This document shows positions 18,668 to 28,465 of a stretch of DNA of 64,000 nt, piece after piece. Made by a program: the position numbers and the translations under genes. The notes under the pieces are model-generated. The model made no database searches. It worked only from the letters and a program-made list of their open reading frames with translations, and had not been told where the DNA came from. The stretch is from IMG/VR virus record IMGVR_UViG_3300018475_001895. One strand, given 5' to 3'. Source of the stretch: an uncultured virus (IMG/VR IMGVR_UViG_3300018475_001895) (Duplodnaviria > Heunggongvirae > Uroviricota > Caudoviricetes). How positions within the stretch are numbered: the stretch's first letter is position 1; the number at the start of each line of letters is the position of its first letter.

Positions 18668-19549
18668 TCATTTCTTGTGTTTACCCACACGATACGCTGC
18701 TGTAATCGTATTACGCATCAACATTGCACGTGTCATTAATCCAATTCCACCAGGAACAGGAGTGTACCATAATGCATTCTTATATGTATCAGGATGAAAA
18801 TCACCACACAAATTTCCATCAGCATCTCGATTAATACCAACGTCAATAATACCAAATTCGCGATCTGTCGGCACCATATCCGGTGTAATGAAATTCGGCT
18901 TACCGACAGCGCTTACAATGATATTCGAATGTGTTGTATGCTCTTTAAGCTCCAGCGTATGAGAATGGCACACAGTGACAGTTGCATTCTTTTGCATAAA
19001 TAACTGAGCCAAAGGTTTACCGACAATATCAGACCTACCGATAATTGTCACATTATAACCATGAATCATATCCAGATTATAGTATTCGAGAAGCTTCCAA
19101 ATACCGGCAACAGTACACGGCAGCATATACTCATGCGGTGAGTTATCTGCATACAGAAGTCCCATATTCTCGGTAGTAATACCGTCCACATCTTTGATGG
19201 GTGAAATAGTGTTAATGATAGCAGCTCTATCACCAGCGCTATAGAACATAGTTGGCAAAGGGAGTTGAACCATAATACCGCTAATCATATCATCCTCATT
19301 TAAGGCTTTGATGATAGAAATGATATCATTTGTGTAATTCTTATCACCGGGAAAAGAGTACACTATAGTTACAATTCCGCATTTACGAGCATCAGCTTCT
19401 TTATTTCGTACATAGATATCAGATGCAGCATTCACACCAACCTTGATGATAGCGAGACGCGGTCTTACTGTGAACCTCTCTGCATGATCTCTAGTATCTT
19501 CCAAGATTTCGTTGGCGCACTCTTTTGCAAATAAAATCTGCGAATTCAT
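18668..19549 (-). CDS. folD: Bifunctional methylenetetrahydrofolate dehydrogenase/cyclohydrolase
   Basis: YVRNK, GIMVQLPLP, KDVDG, LPCT, IGRSDIVGKPLA, NATVTVCHS, IDVGIN, TPVPGGIG motifs. Confidence 0.96.
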   Translation of the reverse strand: MNSQILFAKECANEILEDTRDHAERFTVRPRLAIIKVGVNAASDIYVRNKEADARKCGIVTIVYSFPGDKNYTNDIISIIKALNEDDMISGIMVQLPLPTMFYSAGDRAAIINTISPIKDVDGITTENMGLLYADNSPHEYMLPCTVAGIWKLLEYYNLDMIHGYNVTIIGRSDIVGKPLAQLFMQKNATVTVCHSHTLELKEHTTHSNIIVSAVGKPNFITPDMVPTDREFGIIDVGINRDADGNLCGDFHPDTYKNALWYTPVPGGIGLMTRAMLMRNTITAAYRVGKHKK

Positions 19550-19553
19550 ATTC

Positions 19554-19952
19554 TTATTCCTCCTCAGAGGTAGTTTTATCCATTACATATCGCTGAGAAA
19601 CAACGTCATCGGTAAATACTTGATATCCCATTCCGGGTTCCTTGATCAACCATTCACCTTCTGCTACAACCAGGAGACGATTAGTATCTTTATTGGATAC
19701 GACAAGAGTCGGATGCGTCATCCCGTTGATTTCAGGATTATCATTACCGCTAACCTGACTCTTATTGCGACTAATCATATGCCCTTCGATACCGATAGGA
19801 TCACCATTAGTCAAAGCGTAGAAATCGTCTCCGATCCAATTCAGAATATCGAAAAGATTGGAGAGACGGAACTGCACGCCTTCATGTGCAGTGTGGCGAA
19901 CTTCCAGGGGTCTGATGGTAGATACATTCATACTAGTTGCGATCATTTCCAT
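19554..19952 (-). CDS. Hypothetical protein
   Basis: 132 aa with AAGGAGG SD, operonic. Confidence 0.75.
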   Translation of the reverse strand: MEMIATSMNVSTIRPLEVRHTAHEGVQFRLSNLFDILNWIGDDFYALTNGDPIGIEGHMISRNKSQVSGNDNPEINGMTHPTLVVSNKDTNRLLVVAEGEWLIKEPGMGYQVFTDDVVSQRYVMDKTTSEEE

Positions 19953-19966
19953 AGTTAATTACCTCC

Positions 19967-20635
19967 TTAGAATTGGTACAGATCGTAAGCTTTCATAAAG
20001 TCATTCATATCAGACTTATAAGTTTCAACAGATCCATCTCGTTTATAAACGAGAATCTTGAATTTGAAATCATAGTCTGTATACGCACAACATTGAGCCT
20101 GTATCTCATAAACACCCTCCACACCTTTTCGGTGGAAGTTTATGAAATTGGCAAGCTCATTAATATTATCAATGACAGTATCAGTTTGGTATACGTCCAT
20201 TACCTCAACTTCACCGTCATATGATGCACGGAGTTTAAAACTGATAGCAATCTTATCAATCTCCATCAGTCTTAGATATGCTTTTAGAGAAATACGCATA
20301 TACATATGCTCAGTTGCATTAACCAGCACATATAGATCATCATACTTTTTCTGAAGCTCTTTCAACTTCTTGAGATCAAATCGAGTGCTACTAATAATAA
20401 CCTTGGGTTTACCATCTTTACTATAAATAGCAAGATTGTCAAACTTCACAAAATGGAAGTCCTTTACAAAACGGCTGGACTTCCATTTCTTGAGTTTCTT
20501 CCAAAGCCAATGCTTCCAAGAACCCTTCTTAAACTCAGGAGCTTTAATCTCTTTCTCTTTTGATTTCTTATCTTTCTTCGATTTCTCTTCACTCTTACGC
20601 GGAACGAGAGTGAAGAACTCATCTTTCTTGCTCAC
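19967..20635 (-). CDS. Hypothetical Lys-rich protein
   Basis: 222 aa; GTG start overlapping the upstream stop. Confidence 0.75.
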   Translation of the reverse strand: MSKKDEFFTLVPRKSEEKSKKDKKSKEKEIKAPEFKKGSWKHWLWKKLKKWKSSRFVKDFHFVKFDNLAIYSKDGKPKVIISSTRFDLKKLKELQKKYDDLYVLVNATEHMYMRISLKAYLRLMEIDKIAISFKLRASYDGEVEVMDVYQTDTVIDNINELANFINFHRKGVEGVYEIQAQCCAYTDYDFKFKILVYKRDGSVETYKSDMNDFMKAYDLYQF

Positions 20636-21357
20636 AACGTCACCCTTCCTTTCTCGTCTACGTTGATATTGAGTAAATCAAAAATCTTCTGAGGATTACC
20701 AGCTACGACATCGTATGTATAGTCATCATACACAACAATAGCTTTCAATGTTATAGTAACCACCTCAAGATGCTCTTTATTACACATTTTAATATAGCGA
20801 TCAATATTTACGTACATCATACGCTGAATGATCTCAAGAGCTTGTTTTAATTCAGATGGCGTATCTATAATGAGATACGGAAATGATGAATTATCTGTAT
20901 CAGTTGCCAGATGATCTAACACTTTACTTTTACCACCAATATCCATCTCAGCTCTGACCCGACACATAATACCAACACGTTTGATATGTCGAACTTTTCT
21001 AGAACATTCACATTTAGCAAATGTTCCGGAAGATCGTTTCCAGTCAATAGTCTTCCCTACATTATTCCAAGCTTTATTTTGCCAAGCTTTCCGATTATAT
21101 GCAGTGACTAATCTTTTAAACCCGGTATTATTCTGATAGTCGCTAGCATAAATACGATATGTAGTAGCTCTGGTGTTCTGTTCACCTGGAGATACTCGGC
21201 CTTTCGGATAATATAAATAATTATCACCAACAGGTAGACCTTTTCTGGGAGATGCGATTTCACCAGGTTCATTCTTAGAATCAAATGATATATCTGATCC
21301 AATTCGTTTTAGAATAATGAACCCATCGTCATCTCGATATTGACTCTTTTTACTCAC
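20632..21357 (-). CDS. Hypothetical protein with N-terminal RDDDGFIILKRI motif
   Basis: 241 aa; GGAGG SD; GTG start. Confidence 0.75.
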   Translation of the reverse strand: MSKKSQYRDDDGFIILKRIGSDISFDSKNEPGEIASPRKGLPVGDNYLYYPKGRVSPGEQNTRATTYRIYASDYQNNTGFKRLVTAYNRKAWQNKAWNNVGKTIDWKRSSGTFAKCECSRKVRHIKRVGIMCRVRAEMDIGGKSKVLDHLATDTDNSSFPYLIIDTPSELKQALEIIQRMMYVNIDRYIKMCNKEHLEVVTITLKAIVVYDDYTYDVVAGNPQKIFDLLNINVDEKGRVTL

Positions 21358-21539
21358 ACAACTTCCTCCAATTTCCGCAGAATTATATCATCGTCTGTAT
21401 ATGTTTCAGAAAAGAATAAACTCAGAGGTTTAGCGCATAGGTTCTACTTATAGGTAGATAGAATATGCTTATAGCATAAACATAAAGGTAGAATAAAGAG
21501 AAGAAAGTAATATAAAGAAAGAGAAAATAAGAGATTTAA

Positions 21540-21724
21540 TGTTTTTCGGTGGACAGCTCTTAAAGAGCGCAGTGGAGGTTCTCCGTGGCCTCCTCAAAAG
21601 GCCTAAGGAGAATCGCGAAACGAGCAAATAAATAACCGGAGCCCACTTAATTTCTTAGTCCACCGAAAAACAAAGCAAGCAAAAAGAATAATACATGTAA
21701 ACATTGCGTTTACATGTATTATTC
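21540..21724. repeat. Structured intergenic element at a divergent-transcription point (15-bp and 17-bp perfect inverted repeats)
   Basis: TGTTTTTCGGTGGAC(21540-21554)/GTCCACCGAAAAACA(21658-21672) enclosing smaller hairpins; GAATAATACATGTAAAC(21686-21702)/GTTTACATGTATTATTC(21708-21724). Confidence 0.75.
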
Positions 21725-21850
21725 AAATTTTGAGATAAAATTATTAAAATTTCTAAATAAATCAAAAATTACTATTCGATAATACAGATAACAACTAGAT
21801 AAATAATCATCTGAATCTATCAGAAATGAAAGGAGTTATTTGATAATACT

Positions 21851-22417
21851 ATGATTAACATCATAACTTCTAATCCAACAATTATTAAGAATATACAAGA
21901 CTATACAGATAACTTCATCGTCGTACATTTGATGGAATGTACTCTGATTCCGTTATCTGTTCAAACCAGTGGATACAAGTTTAATATCTATCATCAAGAT
22001 GGAATAGATTTATCAGAATATGAAGAATATAAAAGTTCTTCTAATCTGAGATTTGAATTTATTCCTGTGCGAGCTATTTCAGAAGCTCTAGACAAAATCA
22101 TTGAGACTATCGCACGGGAAGAAGAGCAAGCACGAACCGAGGCTGAAAAATTCAATGAAAATCAAGAAGAACTGATGATAGCCTCGGTCGTTGACATGAG
22201 TTGGAATAAACTCGGGATAAACTACATCAACAATAGACTCGCTCAGCATGATTGCGAGTCCTCCTGTCTGAATTTATATCAGTATCTTCGGGTGGGATCT
22301 ATTCAGAGTCTAGCCGACATACTGAAAGGTCGGCTCCAAAGTGATTTTGTTTATCCCGAAGATCCTGTTGCATTTAGTTACGCAATCATGCGAGTCCTGA
22401 ATGGGGTGAGCATGTGA
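21851..22417 (+). CDS. Hypothetical protein
   Basis: 188 aa; AAAGGAG SD; AACAACTAGATA motif upstream at 21790-21801. Confidence 0.75.
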   Translation: MINIITSNPTIIKNIQDYTDNFIVVHLMECTLIPLSVQTSGYKFNIYHQDGIDLSEYEEYKSSSNLRFEFIPVRAISEALDKIIETIAREEEQARTEAEKFNENQEELMIASVVDMSWNKLGINYINNRLAQHDCESSCLNLYQYLRVGSIQSLADILKGRLQSDFVYPEDPVAFSYAIMRVLNGVSM

Positions 22418-23151
22418 GAATACCACATATCAATAAACTACGACTCGAATCAATAGATAAAGCACCTTCGGCCGAGATTGAAGTTGCTATTGAACCAAGT
22501 GTATACCTCGACGATCTCGGCCTCTTTGAAGACAAGAAAGAATATATCAAATGGGTTATTCGAATGAAGAAGCTCATACGAGATTCTTTCGAGTATGAAG
22601 AGTTGATTTATTTCCTGAAGAGAAAGAGAGGAATGGATCGATGCGGTGTACATCCAAACCAGACGATATGGGATGGATTCCGCATTGAATTACATCATAC
22701 ACCTTTCTGTTTGGAAGATATTGTACATATCGTGACAAATAAGAGAAAGCAGCGCGGAGAATCCATGAAGATGGGTGATATCGCCCATGAGATCATGGAA
22801 TTACATTATCTTGGTCTGGTTGGACTATATCCACTCTGTATGATTTGTCACTATTTCTGCCACTCGGATGAGGGTGACTCTCTATTTATTCCACTTGAAA
22901 ATGTTTTCGGTGATCCAGAAAAATTCTATGAAATGTATAGGCCATATGCCACGGAAGGTATACAGACGAAGTGGAATAACTTGGTTCAGTTGAATAAAGG
23001 ATATCATCTGATAACAGAAACCATTCCGATCGAACTTCAGAAGAAATACATTTACGTAAAACCCACAGATAAGAAGGGTAAGAAAGCTGATTTTGAAGTG
23101 GTCAGCACTACCAAGTTGGTGGATTTTATCAATGAGATCAATAAGAAATAA
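22414..23151 (+). CDS. HNH-like (His-Me finger) protein, paralog of 29862-30506
   Basis: DRCGV...IELHHTPF...LYPLCMICHYFCH. Confidence 0.6.
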   Translation: MRIPHINKLRLESIDKAPSAEIEVAIEPSVYLDDLGLFEDKKEYIKWVIRMKKLIRDSFEYEELIYFLKRKRGMDRCGVHPNQTIWDGFRIELHHTPFCLEDIVHIVTNKRKQRGESMKMGDIAHEIMELHYLGLVGLYPLCMICHYFCHSDEGDSLFIPLENVFGDPEKFYEMYRPYATEGIQTKWNNLVQLNKGYHLITETIPIELQKKYIYVKPTDKKGKKADFEVVSTTKLVDFINEINKK

Positions 23152-23154
23152 AGA

Positions 23155-23194
23155 ATGAGTGAGATGTTAAATCGTCTCACTCATCTTTCTTTTT
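23155..23194 (+). terminator. Intrinsic terminator
   Basis: ATGAGTGAGA/TCTCACTCAT stem followed by CTTTCTTTTT. Confidence 0.75.
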
Positions 23195-23198
23195 CGCC

Positions 23199-23211
23199 TA
23201 TATACTATAAT
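23199..23211 (+). promoter_or_regulatory. Putative early-type promoter TATATACTATAAT
   Basis: Related motif at 25479, 35586 (minus), 59762, 11908 and 42128. Confidence 0.55.
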
Positions 23212-23242
23212 GATGAAGATTATAGAAGAAAGGAGGACATGT

Positions 23243-23878
23243 ATGGGCAATTCGCCAGAGTATATTGTCTTCACAGATGCGTCATTGAGACGAAATAAGA
23301 CAAGATCCTATTGTGCTTTCGGTGTTGTTGTATTAAATCTAAAGACACTGGAATACGCCTCATTTGGGGCAGAGTTAGGAAGCCGCACAGTTACGTTTGG
23401 AGAGGGCTGGGCGGTGTATCGTGGAATTCAAGCTGTCTGTAATATCGTTGATAAGAAACGGAAAGATCCCATACAGATTTTAGTGGTGACGGACAGTAAG
23501 CTTACAGTGAAAGTTTTAAGTGAGTATATCCCGTTTGTGTGGGATACAAAAAATTGGGAGAACTGGAAGAAAGTAGATGGTTCTCCAGTAAAGAATCAAG
23601 GATTATATCGAAAGATAGTGGCATTGATTAATGATCATCCCGAGATCCATCCTCGCATTGCTCATATCAATTCTCATCAGTCAGATAATGATTGGGAGAA
23701 GATTCAGAGTAAGTTGAAGAAGTATGGTATCAATGCTGACCCAAAAACAACACGTGTCTTTATGAATATGAATGATCTGGCAGATTCTATCTGTCAGGGC
23801 ATCACAAAGAAGATGCGAGATGAAGAAGAGAAGACCGGTGAATTTATCCGGTTAATACCGAAAGGAGAACTAAAATGA
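23243..23878 (+). CDS. rnhA: Ribonuclease HI
   Basis: VFTDAS, E helix (FGEGWA), VTDS, WKKVDGSPVKNQGL, HINSH, NDLAD; ATG 23243 follows AGGAGG. Confidence 0.88.
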   Translation: MGNSPEYIVFTDASLRRNKTRSYCAFGVVVLNLKTLEYASFGAELGSRTVTFGEGWAVYRGIQAVCNIVDKKRKDPIQILVVTDSKLTVKVLSEYIPFVWDTKNWENWKKVDGSPVKNQGLYRKIVALINDHPEIHPRIAHINSHQSDNDWEKIQSKLKKYGINADPKTTRVFMNMNDLADSICQGITKKMRDEEEKTGEFIRLIPKGELK

Positions 23879-24264
23879 GAATGTTATTGGTAGGCCAAGC
23901 TAAAGATAGTAATGACATCGTCTATGGTGTATCTCTTAACGGAAAAACTCTTGTAGAAATACTCGGAACATCACAAGGACCAATCACTCCTGCTGAATTA
24001 GTTCGGATCTGCAAAGAAAATGATTGTAAGATTACAGCCGAACAGTATTTCACATATGCGAGCCTATTTATTAGGGTTATGACCGCACATCAATATGTAT
24101 CATGGACAAGAGAGTCTATGAATGGTATTATTGCAATGATGCAAGATGAGGATTGTGAGGGTATGTTGGATGAGTTTTTCAATTCTGACAACTATCCTCT
24201 CATGGAAGATCTTATGGGAGTCTTTGCTGATACTGACACATATCAGATTGTCCCGAAGGATTAA
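23875..24264 (+). CDS. Hypothetical protein
   Basis: 129 aa; AAAGGAG SD; adjoins the rnh stop. Confidence 0.7.
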   Translation: MRMLLVGQAKDSNDIVYGVSLNGKTLVEILGTSQGPITPAELVRICKENDCKITAEQYFTYASLFIRVMTAHQYVSWTRESMNGIIAMMQDEDCEGMLDEFFNSDNYPLMEDLMGVFADTDTYQIVPKD

Positions 24265-24309
24265 ATCTTCGAGTATAAATTATATAGACAGAGGAGGTGA
24301 AGCCCGTGT

Positions 24310-25170
24310 ATGACAGAACCTAAGAGAAGAAGTTGCGCAAGTAGACTTCATGCATTACAAGATGATTTCGGTTTGTCGGAAAAAGAACTTAAACAAGCCG
24401 TACGAGAGGTATCAAGACCTCGTGAAGTAAAACTTCCAACCTTCCATGAGAAGGTTTCGAAGAAAGAAAAGATGCGCCGGGAACTTGAAACGCCCGGAAA
24501 CAAACAGCATAAGTATATGATTGCTTACTGGTATTTGGAGGAATACCTTGAGCCTGAATATTCCCATGATGTGTATCGTAAGCATCAAGATTTCAAAGAT
24601 TTGATTCAGTATGCTTATGAACAGGCTATGGGTGTAATACAGATAGGAACATACATCGTTAATACTGACCTTAATCCTCTTACAGCATTTCCTGATCCGC
24701 CGGATGATGAATTGGATATTCCTGAAATTCAATGGAATGAGTTTGATGTATATTGTAAGAAGCATCCATTGAAAGGTGGAGCCAAAGATATCTTCAAACG
24801 GCGTAAGAGATTTAAGAAATATTTGCATAAGAGACGTGGTCGTTATTATTCCAAGAAGAGAATGCGAATGTATGATCCCTTGTTCGCAATGACAGTCGTG
24901 GACGAGAAAGAAATGCTTAAAAATCTCGAACGCATAACCCGTGAAAATGAACTTCGTGTGAAAAAGTTCCATGAGATGTTGGATTCTCTTGTATCTGATA
25001 GATCGATTGGAGCAGAAGCCATGAAGAAGTTCGATAAGCAAACTAAAGATATTATGTCCCAGCATCGAAAACGATTGAACTCATTCATGAAACAAATTGG
25101 ACAGAAACCTACACCAGTGACGTTCGATTTTGATGATGAGCCCTCAATTACCTATGATGGTTGGGATTGA
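24310..25170 (+). CDS. Hypothetical basic protein
   Basis: 286 aa; GGAGGTG SD. Confidence 0.75.
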   Translation: MTEPKRRSCASRLHALQDDFGLSEKELKQAVREVSRPREVKLPTFHEKVSKKEKMRRELETPGNKQHKYMIAYWYLEEYLEPEYSHDVYRKHQDFKDLIQYAYEQAMGVIQIGTYIVNTDLNPLTAFPDPPDDELDIPEIQWNEFDVYCKKHPLKGGAKDIFKRRKRFKKYLHKRRGRYYSKKRMRMYDPLFAMTVVDEKEMLKNLERITRENELRVKKFHEMLDSLVSDRSIGAEAMKKFDKQTKDIMSQHRKRLNSFMKQIGQKPTPVTFDFDDEPSITYDGWD

Positions 25171-25187
25171 TGAGGGGTGAATAATAA

Positions 25188-25460
25188 ATGAAGATGGTAT
25201 ATGAGCCAGGAGAGAAAGAGCAATTTTCTAATATGAAGAGTTACTTGTTCAATGAATCTCTTTCTGAGCGGATTTATAGCTTAGATTTTAAAGTAACGAA
25301 TCCAGCTTTAGCCGAGTATATTCTGATAGCTATGATGAATGGAAAATTGTCAGAAGTTGATATAGGTATTGATATACAGAGCATCAATATCATGTCACTG
25401 GCTGAGACAAAGATCCTGAAAGAAAAGCTTCATCAAATGATTGAAGATCTTATGCCTTAG
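25188..25460 (+). CDS. Hypothetical protein
   Basis: 90 aa, operonic. Confidence 0.65.
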   Translation: MKMVYEPGEKEQFSNMKSYLFNESLSERIYSLDFKVTNPALAEYILIAMMNGKLSEVDIGIDIQSINIMSLAETKILKEKLHQMIEDLMP

Positions 25461-25520
25461 ACGGATCTCAGTTTTGTGTATATATTATAATAGGGATAAA
25501 AGACAAAGTGAGGTCATTCT

Positions 25521-27233
25521 ATGGCTAAGAAAAATAAGATCAAAAAAGATTCAAGTAACAAGAATAGTAAGAACGAATCCAAGCTCTCTAAGAAACGATT
25601 GCTCAGTAGCGAATACGAGCAGTATAAGCGGATTGGAGAAATTGACCGTTCCCAAAATTGGTTGGAGTTATTTACTCCAACCGTGGTCCAAGACCTTTTC
25701 GAAATCATGCACTCCTGTTCGGATAATCAGCTCAAATCTGATTATATTCGTAAGGAGTTAGCATATTATGGATTCGAGCCCGTCGGACTCGGAACCAATA
25801 TTTATACTATGCACAATCCGGCATATCCTGGAGTAATATTCAAATTTGCTCTGGATGACAATGGTTTGGCAGATAACTTCAATGACACATTACTGCAGGA
25901 CCTTGTCAATGATTTTCTGGTGAACGAGTGTGGCGATAAGCCAAGATATACTCGAGTAGTAGCCAGACATCCGTCTGCAATCGTATCTGTACAAGAGCGC
26001 AAAGTTGTGGTTGCAGATCAAGATCGTATGGACACATTTCGTGGAAGTATCCTTAAAACTCTACAGAAATTGTCCATGAAGTTTATGATCATCGATCTTT
26101 CACCATCGTTATATCACCTGAATTATGGTATTGACCGTAATGGTGATTGGTGTTTTGTCGATGCGTCAGATCTCTATCCATTAGCAAATATCGATAAAAA
26201 GGTTCGATGTAACAAAGCTGTTGGATGGAATGATAAGAAGCGCGAGGTGAGACGTTGTGGTGGACGTTTAAGATATAACGAAGACTTCAGCAATATCATC
26301 TGTGAAAACTGTGGGACAGAGTTTCTGCCATTAGAGATTCGACCCAAAGATAAGGAGGAAAAAGGACGAATGGCAAATAGTATTTGCGATGGTATCTCGA
26401 TCGAAGAGAGAGAAGAGATGCGCAGAGCCGAGATGAGAGAAATTCTCGGCGAAACTCCCCAGGATATTGACGATATGGACACCGAAGAGACGGTTGAGGA
26501 AACCTCTCGGAATCATATCGAACAGCCTGCGGCGAAGAATCCTCTGCCCACTAAGCAGAGACCTGCTACAATCTTCGTAACGCCTGCACCTGCTAGCGAA
26601 GATGATGACGACGATGGCGTAGAAGCGCCGGTTGTTCGTGAACCCAGCGAAGAGGTACGTCAAGAGACATCTACATCCTTCTCTGAATATCTGGGACGTA
26701 GACCTACTCCCGAGGTATTGGATGAGGATGACTATGAAGAAGATCCTCTTGGAAATGATGAGGAAGATGAGCATGTTGTGCTCGCATATGCTCGTGAAGG
26801 AACTGAGTTTCCTGATCCTGACATGGAGGAAGATAATGATTCTGATGAGGACGAAGACGAGTCCGATGATGTAGAGGATGAATCTGATTCCATGGAGCCT
26901 GTTGATGAAGAAGATGCGACTGAGGAAGAGCTGGAACCGGTTGAACCTAAGATCACATACTCTGTCGTCAATTATGATCCCAAACATGCGCTCGGTTCAC
27001 ATATCGGACTGACTGACAGTGGCACTTTCCCTGGAATCCTGATGCATATCGAAGGTGACTTCGAGGAAGCATTCAAGGAGTACGGTCTCAGTCTGTATGT
27101 GAAGATCGGCGACGACTCTACGATTACTCAGGCAATCAGTGCAGAGGTATTCCGTAAGATCCTGGCTGATGTAGTTCCTGAGATCATTGAAGAACAGGAA
27201 GCCTATGAGCGTAGCCGTAAGGCGTATTATTAA
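25521..27233 (+). CDS. Protein-kinase-like domain, Zn ribbon and acidic low-complexity region
   Basis: G-loop-like VGLGTNIY, VIFK, catalytic-loop-like DLSPSLYHLNYG, FVDASD; RC...RCGG...CENCG; D/E-rich tract. Confidence 0.6.
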   Translation: MAKKNKIKKDSSNKNSKNESKLSKKRLLSSEYEQYKRIGEIDRSQNWLELFTPTVVQDLFEIMHSCSDNQLKSDYIRKELAYYGFEPVGLGTNIYTMHNPAYPGVIFKFALDDNGLADNFNDTLLQDLVNDFLVNECGDKPRYTRVVARHPSAIVSVQERKVVVADQDRMDTFRGSILKTLQKLSMKFMIIDLSPSLYHLNYGIDRNGDWCFVDASDLYPLANIDKKVRCNKAVGWNDKKREVRRCGGRLRYNEDFSNIICENCGTEFLPLEIRPKDKEEKGRMANSICDGISIEEREEMRRAEMREILGETPQDIDDMDTEETVEETSRNHIEQPAAKNPLPTKQRPATIFVTPAPASEDDDDDGVEAPVVREPSEEVRQETSTSFSEYLGRRPTPEVLDEDDYEEDPLGNDEEDEHVVLAYAREGTEFPDPDMEEDNDSDEDEDESDDVEDESDSMEPVDEEDATEEELEPVEPKITYSVVNYDPKHALGSHIGLTDSGTFPGILMHIEGDFEEAFKEYGLSLYVKIGDDSTITQAISAEVFRKILADVVPEIIEEQEAYERSRKAYY

Positions 27234-27330
27234 GTGATTACTGGCTGGAAATTAAATATAACCAGTCATGATCATAGATATCCCCGCAACCCCATACCAT
27301 TCTGTAAACTAAATTAAGGAGGAATTAATA

Positions 27331-28398
27331 ATGGTATTCATTCTGAACGAACAGAAGGCCACCAAGATTTTCGAGAACTATCGGAATGTGGCCGCCTTTA
27401 CCCTGTCCAAGGGCCTGAAGGGTGCAACCATCGGTGATCTGGAGGTTTCCTACGAGAAGCTGAATTTCCTGCCCGATGAGGACACTATCAACGCGATCAA
27501 GTCCGGCGACATGAAGCTGAAGAAGGTCATCAAGAAGGCCCTCAAGGCTCTGTATTCTCCCAGCATGGATAATGCGGCTATTGGTCTGGGCATGACTCAG
27601 CTGGTCACTATCCTGTCCAATAATCGTAAGGCTAAGCGCGGTCCCGCTGTTCTGGTCTTCGTGACTGACGAGGAGGATACTGCTCGCAACAAGATCATGA
27701 CCAAGTATATCACTGCTCTTCTGAATGCTTTTGGTCTCAATCCCATCACTAAGGGCAAGGTTGTCAATAAGCTGTTCAAGAAGCGCAAGAAGGCTAAGGA
27801 GAAGGTCATTGAGTTCTCCAAGAAAAAGGATTCCGGCTGCAATCTGTCCCGCAAGGGTGTTGAGCTGAAGCGTATCAATTACGTCTTCTATGAGCTGGAG
27901 ATGCGTCAGTCTGCTATGACCAATATGGATCTGCGTGATATGGATAGCAGCGCTGCTGAAGCCTGCACCAAGAGCCTGCTGAAGGTTTATACCGCGGAGA
28001 ACCTGAAGGAAGTGGACAAGAAGATTGCTAAGCGTTTGGCCAAGAAGGATAAGACCGCGGTTAAGGCTTATCAGAGCTTGAATGAGATCCTGGTCTCTAT
28101 GAACGCTGATCTGAAGATGCCCAAGGTCAAGTTTGGCCAGAAGAAGAAGAAGGGCAAGGCTGTTGGTCCTAAGGTCAATACCAAGAAGTTCAAGAAGTTC
28201 TTCACCAAGAAGCGTAATCGCGGCATGCTGCTGCTGATCTATGCTCACACCCTGGCTGTAATGCTGGGCCTGGAGATTGGTTCCAAGGACTACAACTCCT
28301 ACATGAAGGGTGTTTGCAACTCCTTCAAGGAGGGCTTCGGTAAGGAGTTTACCGCAGCTGCGACCGCTTATGCCAAGGGCGAGAACGCTGTCGGTTAA
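27331..28398 (+). CDS. Lys-rich, likely highly expressed hypothetical protein
   Basis: 355 aa; AAGGAGG SD; extreme AAG/CTG codon bias; own terminator. Confidence 0.85.
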   Translation: MVFILNEQKATKIFENYRNVAAFTLSKGLKGATIGDLEVSYEKLNFLPDEDTINAIKSGDMKLKKVIKKALKALYSPSMDNAAIGLGMTQLVTILSNNRKAKRGPAVLVFVTDEEDTARNKIMTKYITALLNAFGLNPITKGKVVNKLFKKRKKAKEKVIEFSKKKDSGCNLSRKGVELKRINYVFYELEMRQSAMTNMDLRDMDSSAAEACTKSLLKVYTAENLKEVDKKIAKRLAKKDKTAVKAYQSLNEILVSMNADLKMPKVKFGQKKKKGKAVGPKVNTKKFKKFFTKKRNRGMLLLIYAHTLAVMLGLEIGSKDYNSYMKGVCNSFKEGFGKEFTAAATAYAKGENAVG

Positions 28399-28415
28399 TT
28401 AAATCCGATTGGCAG

Positions 28416-28450
28416 AAAGAGCGGGGTCTATGTGGCCTCGCTCTTTTTCT
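28416..28450 (+). terminator. Intrinsic terminator
   Basis: AAAGAGCGGGGTC/GGCCTCGCTCTTT stem followed by T tract. Confidence 0.7.
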
Positions 28451-28465
28451 ATTTCATAGCAGGAG

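Noticed and set aside
27325..28248. 307-aa minus-strand ORF
   Set aside because: Antisense shadow of the Lys-rich gene 27331-28398
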